A stretch of DNA of 64,000 bases from Candidatus Parcubacteria bacterium (GCA_039795775.1 JBDKLC010000005.1:3654-67653); one strand, 5' to 3'. Positions 21,170 to 31,092 are shown, counted from the first letter of the stretch. Numbers and translations: made by a program. Notes: a model not told the origin generated them from the letters alone.

Positions 21170-21703
21170 TTAGTTTAGGAACGGAAGAAGTTGATCTTTT
21201 TCAGAAACAACAGGTGTAGTAACACCCCAGTCTATATCGAGTGTTGGGTCATCAAATCGAATGCCACCTTCAGCAGTTTTTGTGTATTCTTTTGTACATG
21301 CATACAAAAAGTATGCTTCATCTGAGAGCACTGAGAAGCCATGAGCAAATCCAGGTGGTATGTAGATGAAGGTACTGTCTTCACCAGTCAAATCAATTGT
21401 TTGAAACTTTTTGTACGTAGGTGAATCAGATCTCATGTCTACAAAAACATCCCGAACTTTTCCAGAAATAAGATATACAAGTTTACCTTGCGCAAATTCT
21501 CCGTGCTGATAGTGAAGCCCTCGAATCACATCTTTTTTCGAATACGACATGTTGTACTGAGGAAAACTATCAGGTAGTCCGAGTTTCTTAAATTCAGAGA
21601 TTTTTGCCATCTCCATAAAATATCCACGATCATCATGGAATTTGTCAGAAGTAACAATTAATACATCTGGTAAATCTGTCAGAGCTGTAACTTTAAAAGC
21701 CAT
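21170..21703 (-). CDS. rmlC: dTDP-4-dehydrorhamnose 3,5-epimerase
   Basis: DDRGYFME, RGLHYQ, QGKLV, IPPGFAHGF, SEKD. Confidence 0.93.
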   Translation of the reverse strand: MAFKVTALTDLPDVLIVTSDKFHDDRGYFMEMAKISEFKKLGLPDSFPQYNMSYSKKDVIRGLHYQHGEFAQGKLVYLISGKVRDVFVDMRSDSPTYKKFQTIDLTGEDSTFIYIPPGFAHGFSVLSDEAYFLYACTKEYTKTAEGGIRFDDPTLDIDWGVTTPVVSEKDQLLPFLN

Positions 21704-21746
21704 AATACTAGTAGTGTATACCGAGGACTAGGCTTTTGCTAGGTCT

Positions 21747-22814
21747 TTACTTGCCGAGAGCTTTGTGGGCAAACAGGGTCTGAAGACGGTTTTTGTATAT
21801 CTCTGTAGATGCAGTATCTGGGAAGGCGACATTTGTATATGGATGCAATTCGAGGGCTTTTTCTATCTGTACCCATGTAGGTTCGATGTCATAGAGGTAT
21901 TCACTCTTGAGGAATCGGAGTGTATGAGGTTTGTGTGAAAATTTGCTGAAGAGTTTGGCAAAAAATGAAGGCTTAGTTTCGTATGTCTCAAGATTGAGGG
22001 TATCGCCATTTTGTGGCAATGGTTTAGTTGGCACCAGAGCTGGGAAGGCAATATAGAATTGCTTGTAGATATCGAGTATCAGAGCGAAATCGGTATATGA
22101 TTTCATATCTTTTGAAACAAGGTGAATGTGCTGCATCGCATAGTCGTATCGAGCGAGCCACAAGTCACGGAGCTCTTTGATCTTTGCGCCTTTTGCTTTG
22201 TGTTCTTCTACAAAGTGATAGAGATGTGCTTCACTATTCATTCGTTTTTCTACAAGCTTTTCAGGATTCATTGAAAGGCAATATTCTTTGAATAAAGCAG
22301 GCTTCATGGCAAAGAGCATGTCATTGTAGTTACCTGGTGCAGCGTGGAGCATTGTGCCATCTGGCAAGATGTAGTCGGGGTTACTTATTACAATATCATC
22401 AGTAGAGTTTGTGAGGAGTTGTGTGAAGTCCGGAAGCTTGTAGAGGATGTGTCGAGATGTGTAATACACTACCCAGTCGTATTGTTTGAGTTGATCACCG
22501 AGTCGGTCGAGTACTGCCATGCACATTTGGAATTCTCCAGCTCCTTTGTTTTTACTACCGAGTGCATTGTTGTTGATGAGAAATTTATATTTCACATCGT
22601 TAGATCCAACGAGTGTTCTGCTGTGATTGTTTTCAAATGACGTGATACTTTCTGTAGTATTTTCTACAACGCAAATATCAGCAACACCTTTTGTTTGTTG
22701 AATGAGATTCCAGAGAGCTACAGCATAGAGTTCTTGTCTGTTATATCTCTGTCGAAATGATGTGTTTGCAGGTTGGTAAGAGGAAAGACAAACAAACAAA
22801 ATTTTATTATTCAT
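21747..22814 (-). CDS. Hypothetical protein in the glycan cluster (possible divergent glycosyltransferase)
   Basis: 355-aa ORF with host codon usage; VENT, NKGAGE and YYTSR segments; assignment rests on context only. Confidence 0.5.
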   Translation of the reverse strand: MNNKILFVCLSSYQPANTSFRQRYNRQELYAVALWNLIQQTKGVADICVVENTTESITSFENNHSRTLVGSNDVKYKFLINNNALGSKNKGAGEFQMCMAVLDRLGDQLKQYDWVVYYTSRHILYKLPDFTQLLTNSTDDIVISNPDYILPDGTMLHAAPGNYNDMLFAMKPALFKEYCLSMNPEKLVEKRMNSEAHLYHFVEEHKAKGAKIKELRDLWLARYDYAMQHIHLVSKDMKSYTDFALILDIYKQFYIAFPALVPTKPLPQNGDTLNLETYETKPSFFAKLFSKFSHKPHTLRFLKSEYLYDIEPTWVQIEKALELHPYTNVAFPDTASTEIYKNRLQTLFAHKALGK

Positions 22815-22850
22815 GATGATCCCTGACCGGTAATTTGGAGGCGAGTACGA

Positions 22851-23978
22851 TTACGCCTTAAAGTTTTTAACAACCTTAATTATATACGCAACCTCTTTTG
22901 GAGTTAAGCCTGGGAACATAGGAAGGAGAGTGATCTTTTTCCATACAGTGTCAGCTACAGGAAGCTTTCTCTTTTTCATGTACGGCTGGTACATCTTGTA
23001 GAGGTGGTTTGGAATGTAGTGCATGCCAGCGCCAACGCCATTTTCCATCAAATATGCGATGAATTTATCTCGAATAGAAGCATCAACTTTTACCATGAAG
23101 TTGTGAGTAGCATTCCATGCGTATGATTTTTCTACTGGAAGCTCAAGCCATGGAAGGTCTGCGAATGCTTTTTTGTATTGATCGGCGATTGCTCGTCGTC
23201 GTTCGAGGTGAGCAGGAAGCTTTTCGAGCTGAACAAGACCGAGACATGCGTTGATGTCATTCATGTGATATTTGTATCCAAGTTCTTCAACTTCATAGTA
23301 CCAGTGATATCCCTTGTCTGTGATAGTTCGATCGAATGTACTTTTGTTGATACCTAGCCATCGTCGCTTTCGAAGAATCTCATCCCATTTTTTATTGTTG
23401 AATGTGAGTGCACCACCGTCACCTGTTGCAAGGTTTTTTACAGCGTGGAAACTGAAACTTGTGATGTCAGCAACAGAACCAACAGGTTTGCCTTTGTATT
23501 TTGAACCGCATGAATGTGCAGCATCTTCAAGTACAAAAAGTTTATGTTTTTTTGCAATTTTCTTAATCTTGTCTATGTCACAAGGATGACCACCGTAGTC
23601 TACGCAAATAATACCTGCTGTCTTTGGAGTGATCAGTGCTTCAATTTTGTCAGCGTCGATATTGAGAGTGTCTGGTTCAATATCACAGAATACTGGAATA
23701 CCACCTTCGTATAAGATAGCGTGGTTTGTAGAAACGAATGTCATCGGAGTTGTGATGACTTCTTTGCCCTTAATATTAAAAAGTGAGAGAGCAAGGTGAA
23801 GAGCTGATGTTGCTGAGTTGAGAGCAACTGCATGCGGAGCACCCACAAACGCACCGAATTTGTCTTCAAATTCTTTGGTTTTTGGCCCAAGTCCAATCCA
23901 GCCTTTTTTAAAGGATTCTTTTAATGAGTTGAGTTCTCGACTGTCATATGACGGTCGGAAAAGTGGAATCATATTCAT
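22851..23978 (-). CDS. DegT/DnrJ/EryC1/StrS family sugar aminotransferase
   Basis: NSATSALHLAL, TFVST, EDAAHS, FSFHAVKNLATGDGG; start chosen 8 nt after TGcTACTAT (track start 23996). Confidence 0.93.
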   Translation of the reverse strand: MNMIPLFRPSYDSRELNSLKESFKKGWIGLGPKTKEFEDKFGAFVGAPHAVALNSATSALHLALSLFNIKGKEVITTPMTFVSTNHAILYEGGIPVFCDIEPDTLNIDADKIEALITPKTAGIICVDYGGHPCDIDKIKKIAKKHKLFVLEDAAHSCGSKYKGKPVGSVADITSFSFHAVKNLATGDGGALTFNNKKWDEILRKRRWLGINKSTFDRTITDKGYHWYYEVEELGYKYHMNDINACLGLVQLEKLPAHLERRRAIADQYKKAFADLPWLELPVEKSYAWNATHNFMVKVDASIRDKFIAYLMENGVGAGMHYIPNHLYKMYQPYMKKRKLPVADTVWKKITLLPMFPGLTPKEVAYIIKVVKNFKA

Positions 23979-24062
23979 ATGGGGACATAGTAGCATGCTT
24001 TATAGGTTTTAAAAATATGGTGATTTTAAGAAAGAATGGGCATATAATTAGGTGTATATTTT

Positions 24063-24225
24063 ATGCAAAAACCCTTCTTTTCGACATTTATACTGAGGGA
24101 ACCAGAGGGTAAACTTCTTTTGCAGTTACGTGACGATGGAAATAGTGACTATTGATGAAATAAAAAAATTAGATCTTGCGTTTGGTCACAATGATCTAAT
24201 TTTAAAAATTGAGGATTTAGTCTAA
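24063..24225 (+). pseudogene. NUDIX hydrolase remnant with an internal deletion and frameshift
   Basis: 24063-24155 encodes ..ILREPEGKLLLQLRDD (NUDIX N-terminal pattern); another frame 24136-24225 encodes MEIVTIDEIKKLDLAFGHNDL.. (C-terminal pattern); the Nudix box is absent. Confidence 0.55.
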
Positions 24226-25899
24226 TTGTACAGTCTTGTAGTACGGATTATTCCACGCTGGGTTTCCCTGATCCATGAAGTCGATAGCGTCATAGTTGTA
24301 ACTCTTGAGTCGGTAGTCTGTCCATTCTGCGAAGAACGGTCGGTCCTGGCATACGATACCTGCGATAGCATCGATACCTGCACCTACGTCGATAAATACT
24401 GCGTTGCTGTACTGTCGGAGAAGTGGAAGGAGAGCAATTTTTGAACTGCCAGCTCCAACGAGGAAAATCTTTGCTTTACTGTTTGCGATCTGCGCGCCTA
24501 CTTTTTCTACAAGAGGGAGGATGTTATCGGCTGCGCCTTTTTCTGGCACGCCAATGTAGTCAGTAAATGAATCAGTGCCGAGGTAGTCCTGATATTCTTT
24601 TCGCTGCATAAGTTCCTTGATAAGAGCAACTTTGTTTTCTGATGCGATGATGCCGATTTCGTTTTTGAAATTTCGGAACACCCATTTTGTAGATACGAGA
24701 CCGTACACTGCTTCACTTGGAATAACATCATTTGAAACAATTGAAAGTGCTTTTCGGAGGTATGTGCCTTTTCGTTTGAATGAATAGATGAATGCAATGA
24801 TGCCAGGAATAATGCCAAACCATGTGAGGGGAGTAAGAGCCTTGTCTATTGCATATGCTTTCTTACCATTTTCCATAGGTTTGATACCTAGTCGCAACAG
24901 TCGAGAAATAACTTTTTCTACGAGGTCAACAATGATGAACTTTTTCCAGTTTCGATGTTCGTGTGATTCGAGGTTGAGTGTGATGAGGTCATTTTGCCAG
25001 AACATCGCTCGGAAAAGACCAATGTCGATTTTGTCGTAACCTGTTGTGAGGGCTCGGCGTCCTGGTTTTGCACTACCGATAGCAATTTGTCGGAGGAAGA
25101 AATAGTCGCCGTCACTTGCTCGGAGAATAGACGCGCCTTTACCATTTCGACTTCGTTCGAAAATATAATTTTGTAAATCGATGAATGACTTTTGAAGAGA
25201 TGTTTTTGTGAGACCTGCGTGTGTGAGAGATTTTTTGTGACTTGGATTGTCTGTTGAAATAGTTTGCAAGAGATATGATGAGTCTACTTTTGCGAATCGA
25301 TTCTTCTTGAAGACCATAATATTTTTTGCCCACCAGTTGTAGCCAATGCCCTCGAGTTTGTTTGCAAGCACAGAAGCTAGTGCATCTGATCGTTCTGCCC
25401 AGTAAGTAAAGCCCCGCTCTTCGAGCTTTTTCATAATGTAGCCTTTTGGCTGAGGATTGAGGTGCTGACCGTCATGATCTTCGTGCTGGTTTGACCATGT
25501 GAGGAGGAGAATATCTTGTGTTGCCTTTGTGAGGTTGTCGAGGAAGGCATCTTCGCATTCAGCTGGAATGTGTTCACCAACTTCTGAGCAGTTTACGATT
25601 TCATATTCTTTTTTGAAGGTAAATGGCTTTGAGAGGTCGTCGATATGTACGAAGTCTTTGATACTTGGAGCTGCATACTGTTTTGACCAATCGAAATAGT
25701 CGTAGCCAATGACTTCTGCAGTAGGATACTTATGTTTCCACGCTTCCATAAGACGGCCGTTGTTGCAGCCAAGGTCTGCGAGACTATCGATAGTGCTGAG
25801 GTCAAAGACTTCATCTATAGCTTGGAAGTACGCCATATATGGTCGCATTTCTCGTGTGTATTCAACTTCTTTGTATGTGTCTTTAACTTTTGGGTCCAT
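24217..25899 (-). CDS. SAM methyltransferase fused to a GT-D/DUF1792-like domain
   Basis: N-terminal LADLGCNNG..CSEVGEHIP; C-terminal SILRASDGD and LVGAGSSK..FIDVGAGID. Confidence 0.65.
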   Translation of the reverse strand: MDPKVKDTYKEVEYTREMRPYMAYFQAIDEVFDLSTIDSLADLGCNNGRLMEAWKHKYPTAEVIGYDYFDWSKQYAAPSIKDFVHIDDLSKPFTFKKEYEIVNCSEVGEHIPAECEDAFLDNLTKATQDILLLTWSNQHEDHDGQHLNPQPKGYIMKKLEERGFTYWAERSDALASVLANKLEGIGYNWWAKNIMVFKKNRFAKVDSSYLLQTISTDNPSHKKSLTHAGLTKTSLQKSFIDLQNYIFERSRNGKGASILRASDGDYFFLRQIAIGSAKPGRRALTTGYDKIDIGLFRAMFWQNDLITLNLESHEHRNWKKFIIVDLVEKVISRLLRLGIKPMENGKKAYAIDKALTPLTWFGIIPGIIAFIYSFKRKGTYLRKALSIVSNDVIPSEAVYGLVSTKWVFRNFKNEIGIIASENKVALIKELMQRKEYQDYLGTDSFTDYIGVPEKGAADNILPLVEKVGAQIANSKAKIFLVGAGSSKIALLPLLRQYSNAVFIDVGAGIDAIAGIVCQDRPFFAEWTDYRLKSYNYDAIDFMDQGNPAWNNPYYKTVQLD

Positions 25900-25954
25900 G
25901 GAATTGGTGGATTTGAAATAATTGTATGGAGTAATGATAGCAAAACTTTTAGTC

Positions 25955-26431
25955 TTAAACTATTTTTAAAATTTTGCAGATGTGATACGTCATATCGTCA
26001 AGGAAGTAGGTGAGTTTTGTATAGAAAGAGTCAGTATGTTCTTTGAGTCGTTTTACTTTTACAAACTCAGCGTCAATGTTTCGCGCGAATAGTCCGTCTG
26101 TAAGCATTTTGTCACCGATGACTACACGTTCTTTTGGATGCTTTGGGTCAATGAGGTCTACGATCTTTTTGTTAGGTTTTCGGAGGTGTGTGGTGAGAAT
26201 AGGAATATTCAATTTTTGTGAGATGGCGAGATTTCGAGCCGGGTTTGGCTTATTTGAACAAAGAAGCACTACATTGTGCTCTGCAAGATCACGAACTTTG
26301 TGCATAGCTGCTTCTTCAATGTCACTACTGTTGTCTGTAGCAATTGTACCGTCGATGTCGAGAATGACAGTTTTGCCAGAAATATTCTGGATGTCTTGGT
26401 CTTTAAAGTAATATTCAGTGTGAGATGACAT
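25955..26431 (-). CDS. HAD-IIIA (YqeG-like) phosphatase
   Basis: ILDIDGT, LCSN, RKP, VIGDKMLTDGLFA. Confidence 0.85.
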   Translation of the reverse strand: MSSHTEYYFKDQDIQNISGKTVILDIDGTIATDNSSDIEEAAMHKVRDLAEHNVVLLCSNKPNPARNLAISQKLNIPILTTHLRKPNKKIVDLIDPKHPKERVVIGDKMLTDGLFARNIDAEFVKVKRLKEHTDSFYTKLTYFLDDMTYHICKILKIV

Positions 26432-26469
26432 AGTTGTATTCAGGAAAAGTTTAGGAATAATATTGATAA

Positions 26470-26832
26470 CTAATTTGTGTGCGGAGCAAAGTAGAAGATC
26501 ATTGTAATGGCCACGATGAGTAATGCATAGCCTACCATTTGCATCGTTGTGATTGTTTCTCCGAGTGATACGTATGCAAATGTGTTAATGATGAGAAGAC
26601 TCATGCCCACCATGATTGGATATGCGACGGTGATAGGGAGTGTTCGTAGAGCGAGAAAGTAGAAGAGGGCATTGAGACCAAAACAAATGAATCCAAGGAG
26701 AAATAGTGCATTTGCTGAAATTGTTTGGAGACTGAATCCATGAAGAACCAAACCTTTTTTTGCACCGAGCTTGAGAAGAACATTTGCAGTTCCATTCAAG
26801 ATGAACGCCACGATGAGGTAAATAATAGACAT
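26470..26832 (-). CDS. SMR/EamA-like 4-TM protein (ArnE/F-type lipid-sugar flippase candidate)
   Basis: 120 aa, four hydrophobic helices, ANVLLK..LPITVAYP..LGETIT. Confidence 0.75.
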   Translation of the reverse strand: MSIIYLIVAFILNGTANVLLKLGAKKGLVLHGFSLQTISANALFLLGFICFGLNALFYFLALRTLPITVAYPIMVGMSLLIINTFAYVSLGETITTMQMVGYALLIVAITMIFYFAPHTN

Positions 26833-26834
26833 GA

Positions 26835-28538
26835 TTATTTTGATTTTATTTTTGTTGAAGTTGCAGATGTCGATGAGGCTCTTGTATCAATGTACTGATC
26901 AGATGTGATTTTTGAGTAGAGCACAAATGGTGATCCTTTTTTCAACAATAACTTTGTACCTTTATATTCTACGAGATTGTAGTTTGCTTTGCACCAGTCT
27001 TCGAGATTTTGTGATGCCCAACTACAGAAATGATTGTTGAACGCAAGATACACAATTACATCAGGTGATTTTTCTTTGAATGTATAGTTGAGGTCGTATT
27101 TGTTATGACCAGGAATACTATACATACCTCGTGGATTTGAAAGCGCTCCAGAAAGGTCAGGGGCAAGCTTTGCGATATGAGGATCCATTTTTCCCAAAGG
27201 GTCGAGAGAATATCGCTGCGAAATATAAGGAACAGTTCCAGCCCAGAATGTAGCTACAGATGCTTTGTCGGTGGTGAGCTCTTTGATAACAAGAGCAGAG
27301 TTTATATTTTCTTTATTGTTTCTTGATTGATATGGTTCGAGTCGTGTGAAGTCGTAGTGATAATCGAATGGAACAAATACGAGAAGAGAACACACAATAG
27401 CACTCATGAAAGCCATGAAGTGATCTGTGCGCATGTTGAATGAATCTTTGAGTCTCGCTGCTGTGACAACGAATGCAATAAAGAAAAGCACAGTATAGGG
27501 AACAGTCATTCGCCAAAATGGTGGCCATGGATCTCCACCAACCCATACTTGGTAGGCACTATAGGCTGCAAAAGATCCAACGAAGAGAGTTATATATGAA
27601 AGTGGACCTCGAAGCAGATTACTTATTTTTTCCTTGAGAGATGAACCAGCTTCGAAAAGATATACAAAGAAGAAGAGAATAATAGGAAGAATGAAGAGTT
27701 GAATTCGATTAAGGAAGGGCTGATAGAATCCAAGGCCATTTTTTACACGGTCGAGAAGTGGCATACCTGTCGCTTTGAGGAGGTATGTGTTTGGAACAGA
27801 GAGACCATAGTAAGAAAGTCGGAACATTTGGTAGCCGATAATAGGGAGTGCAGTAATTGTTGCTTCAATACCAACCATAAGCCAGCCTCTTTTTTCTGAA
27901 AGTTTTTGAAAGAACCGGATGATGTAGAAGAGGGCAATGAAGATTGCTCCTTCAGGACGTGCGAGATACACGAGAGAAAGAAGAACTGAAATCCAAACGT
28001 TTGGTCGCCCTGCTGTGTCCTTATAAAGAGAAAGGTAGATAACACTAAGAATGAGAGTTGTGAGATAGCCTGTTTCCATTCCAAAGACTGACCAATACAT
28101 CACTGGATACCATGCCATTGTGAGAATGACACCGAGAAATACGAGAAAATCATTTCGACGTTCTGCAAGAAGTTTTTCGAGTACTCTTCGAACGAGAAAT
28201 ATATTTGCGATGAGACAAAGAAGTCCCATGATTTGTATTGCGAGTGATGCGTAGTTTTGTCCAAAGAGTTTGATTGCTCCAGCCATCACAAACACCGTGA
28301 GAGGATTTGTGAAGCCTTCAACTTTTTCTCCAATATTCCACACGAGACCATGTCCGTGTGCAAGATTGTCTGCATATCTCATCGAAATCATTGCGTCATC
28401 GAAAAGTACAAAGTGTCGCACGCCGTCGAGTGCAACAAATGATGATCGGTAGATGAGAGTGACTGCAAACAAAACAAAAAGTGTAAAACAGATTTTGAAA
28501 ATTCTGTTATGGGCTGGAGCTGAAAAAAAGTTAAACAT
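26835..28538 (-). CDS. GT-C fold integral membrane glycosyltransferase (arabinofuranosyltransferase-like)
   Basis: FDDAMISMRYADNLAHGHGLVWN.GEKVEGFTNPL, GMET, ARPEG, VPNTY, GGD. Confidence 0.8.
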   Translation of the reverse strand: MFNFFSAPAHNRIFKICFTLFVLFAVTLIYRSSFVALDGVRHFVLFDDAMISMRYADNLAHGHGLVWNIGEKVEGFTNPLTVFVMAGAIKLFGQNYASLAIQIMGLLCLIANIFLVRRVLEKLLAERRNDFLVFLGVILTMAWYPVMYWSVFGMETGYLTTLILSVIYLSLYKDTAGRPNVWISVLLSLVYLARPEGAIFIALFYIIRFFQKLSEKRGWLMVGIEATITALPIIGYQMFRLSYYGLSVPNTYLLKATGMPLLDRVKNGLGFYQPFLNRIQLFILPIILFFFVYLFEAGSSLKEKISNLLRGPLSYITLFVGSFAAYSAYQVWVGGDPWPPFWRMTVPYTVLFFIAFVVTAARLKDSFNMRTDHFMAFMSAIVCSLLVFVPFDYHYDFTRLEPYQSRNNKENINSALVIKELTTDKASVATFWAGTVPYISQRYSLDPLGKMDPHIAKLAPDLSGALSNPRGMYSIPGHNKYDLNYTFKEKSPDVIVYLAFNNHFCSWASQNLEDWCKANYNLVEYKGTKLLLKKGSPFVLYSKITSDQYIDTRASSTSATSTKIKSK

Positions 28539-28547
28539 ACGGGAGGG

Positions 28548-29582
28548 TTAGAAGAATAATTTGGCCACCTTGAGGATACCTTGTTTCCAAGGTACTCGGT
28601 GAGTTACGCCTGACTGACCTTCAAATTTATGAAGATTGGCGAGGTACCAGTCATAGTTTTTTACAAGAGCTTGTTTGTTTGAGAACTGAGGTTTGTAGCC
28701 AAGTTGTAGTTCTGCTTTTTCGATAGATACAAATGAGTCTTTTGACGCTGTTTCGTACACCCACTTGTAAAGAGGGGAAAGTTTGAGAGCTTCGAGAACT
28801 CGGAGTGTCCAAATAACAGGAGCAGCAGGAAGGCCAATAATCTTTTTTCCAAAGCCTGCTTTGTCGAGCACTGCCTGATAATCTTCTTTCATTGTAGTGA
28901 ATTCTTTTGCACCAATATTGAATGTGTCGTTTGCTTTTTCTTTTTCGAGAGTAGAAGCAAGATAAATAGCATCACAGAGATCATCTACGTCGAGGAGCTG
29001 GTAGCGGTTGTGTCCACTTCCGATCATTGGGAAATTTTTTCCATCTTTTGCCCAATCATAAAAGAGAGCGAATACACCAAGTCGTTCTGGACCAACAAAT
29101 GATTTTGGTCGAATGATAGGAACAATGAGACCTTTATTTCGATATTCGAGACAAGCTTCTTCAGCAAGAATCTTTGCTTTACCGTAAGGACCTACACCAT
29201 CGAGTTTGTCATCTTCTTTGAGAGGATGATGATCTGGAATACCGTACACCGCTGTTGAAGAAATATGTACCACTCGAGGCACATTGTTTGCGAGAGCTTT
29301 TTCTAAAATATTTTTTGTACCGTCTACATCAGTCGTCATGATTTCTTGTTCAGTATAGAGGGGAAGTGCTGCAGCTGTATGAACGACAACATCTACACCT
29401 TTCATGTAGGCATCTATAGTTGCTGCATCTCGAATATCGCCTATCACCGCAGTAATTTTTTCTTTTTCAGGATAGTCGAAAGCTTCTTTGTCGATTGAAA
29501 TAATAGTGTGACCTTTTGCAAGAGCATGTCGAATAAAGTTGATACCGAGGAACCCTGAACCGCCTGTAATTAAGAATTTCAT
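28548..29582 (-). CDS. NAD-dependent epimerase/dehydratase
   Basis: ITGGSGFLG, HTAA, ISSTAVYG, YGKAK. Confidence 0.9.
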   Translation of the reverse strand: MKFLITGGSGFLGINFIRHALAKGHTIISIDKEAFDYPEKEKITAVIGDIRDAATIDAYMKGVDVVVHTAAALPLYTEQEIMTTDVDGTKNILEKALANNVPRVVHISSTAVYGIPDHHPLKEDDKLDGVGPYGKAKILAEEACLEYRNKGLIVPIIRPKSFVGPERLGVFALFYDWAKDGKNFPMIGSGHNRYQLLDVDDLCDAIYLASTLEKEKANDTFNIGAKEFTTMKEDYQAVLDKAGFGKKIIGLPAAPVIWTLRVLEALKLSPLYKWVYETASKDSFVSIEKAELQLGYKPQFSNKQALVKNYDWYLANLHKFEGQSGVTHRVPWKQGILKVAKLFF

Positions 29583-29603
29583 AATGATGTAGCTAGTTAC
29601 AAA

Positions 29604-30437
29604 TTAATAAAAAATCATACACATAAATATAATCCATCCCAGAGTGGCAACAAGAACAATCGGATCAGAAACAACAGCACGCTCTGGATATTCACTCTTT
29701 GCAGATGTGAATACGATAAATACGTATCGAAGTACACCCAGGAGGACGAAGAATATAGAATATACCGCGATATAAGAGTTGAGAACAAGTACAGAATAAA
29801 GACTATATGAAATTATAGAAAGTGTAGCTGCAATAATAAGAAGTGCTGTGAGAAATTCTGATGTGTAGACATTGAGTACCGCACGTTTTGATTTTCCATT
29901 GAATTCAGCAATACGTTTTCCGACGATAAGAAAGAGTGAAATGAAAATAGTACAAAGAAGAAGCCAGAGAGAAATATGAACACCAGCTGCTTCACCACCA
30001 ATGAGGATTCGAATCAAGAAAAATCCTGAGATGAGGAGTATGTCGATGGTAGCAATGTGCTTGAGATAAAAAGAGTAGGCGATGTTGAGGAGGAAATACG
30101 CAGCAAGATAGTAGGTGATAGCTGGAACTACGTAATGTGTGAGAGCAATAGTAGTGATAAGAAGTACGGCAAACACTTGTAGAGCACGACGTACAGAGAC
30201 GGCTCCAGATGCAATTGGTCGAAACTTTTTCTTGTCATGGAGTTTGTCTTGCTCACGATCTGCGATGTCATTGAGAATATATACGCAGCTTGCAGTAAGT
30301 GAAAAACAAATGAATGCGACAATAACGGATTCTAGTTTTTGAATAAAAAGAAATTCTCTTGCGAAAAAGAGGGGAACAAAGATGAAGAAATTCTTTATCC
30401 AGCTAGTGGGTCGTAGCAGTCGGAGAACGTTGTTCAT
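29604..30437 (-). CDS. UbiA-family polyprenyl-phosphate phosphoribosyltransferase (DPPR synthase-like)
   Basis: LRPTSWIKN, YILNDIAD..D..H..K..RPIASG, YSFYLKH, GKR..E; track start 30467. Confidence 0.88.
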   Translation of the reverse strand: MNNVLRLLRPTSWIKNFFIFVPLFFAREFLFIQKLESVIVAFICFSLTASCVYILNDIADREQDKLHDKKKFRPIASGAVSVRRALQVFAVLLITTIALTHYVVPAITYYLAAYFLLNIAYSFYLKHIATIDILLISGFFLIRILIGGEAAGVHISLWLLLCTIFISLFLIVGKRIAEFNGKSKRAVLNVYTSEFLTALLIIAATLSIISYSLYSVLVLNSYIAVYSIFFVLLGVLRYVFIVFTSAKSEYPERAVVSDPIVLVATLGWIIFMCMIFY

Positions 30438-30550
30438 AGGGATTTGTGATGGAAATAAGTATAACAAAAACTAGATTCTTAGCCTCTAGATGATTTGTAG
30501 AATGTATTGTCAAAACAGGCTTTTTATATTATAAGAGTGGCAGTACATCC

Positions 30551-30627
30551 GCTCTATTTTGGCAAAGAAAGGCTCTCTGTGTTTGAATTTGTAGGTACAA
30601 AAGGGCCTCTGTTTGCCGAAATTGAGC
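30551..30627 (+). promoter_or_regulatory. Long imperfect leader hairpin upstream of ORF 30697
   Basis: GCTCTATTTTGGCAAA..TTTGCCGAAATTGAGC outer stem plus AGGCTCTCTGTG/TACAAAAGGGCCT inner stem, with several G-U pairs on the + strand. Confidence 0.5.
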
Positions 30628-30644
30628 ATCTGCTCCTTATCGAC

Positions 30645-30668
30645 ATAACGCAACGCAAGTTGCACAAC
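30645..30668 (+). promoter_or_regulatory. ATAAC-stem-loop-ACAAC motif (copy 1)
   Basis: ATAAC GCAAC GCAA GTTGC ACAAC, ending 28 nt before ATG 30697. Confidence 0.5.
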
Positions 30669-30696
30669 CCATATCGTAAATACTGATCTACTGTCC

Positions 30697-31092
30697 ATGA
30701 TAAATCCTGATAACCTTATATTCCTTATGGCCGGCCCATTCCAAGGTGCCCGCTATGTCGTAACATCTGTCTGCCCGGCCGGTGTTGAAGTCAACACTGG
30801 TGAGCCTGAGCCCGCTGAGGGTGGCATGCAGCCAGAACTGGGGTTTGGCACTGCGGTGCCTGCCGGTGGTCTTGCTGTGACTGTGCCAACCTTGGCAGCT
30901 TCACAACCTCCCGTGAAGACGGAGCCACTGCCTGTCGGGCACTGGCGTGACGCCAAACTCGTTGGTCTCGTTTACGGGATTGGCACGGGCCACACACCGT
31001 TCACCGACTACGAACGCCTCATCGGCGTCTTTGACCGGACGAACGACGCACATCTCGCCCAAATGGCGATTCTCGCAGCAGCCCTGGTGTAA
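30697..31092 (+). CDS. GC-rich orphan protein inserted in opposite orientation in the glycan cluster
   Basis: 131-aa ORF, visibly GC-richer than its flanks; none of its 4 Arg codons is CGA; it has its own leader and 3' hairpin. Confidence 0.6.
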   Translation: MINPDNLIFLMAGPFQGARYVVTSVCPAGVEVNTGEPEPAEGGMQPELGFGTAVPAGGLAVTVPTLAASQPPVKTEPLPVGHWRDAKLVGLVYGIGTGHTPFTDYERLIGVFDRTNDAHLAQMAILAAALV

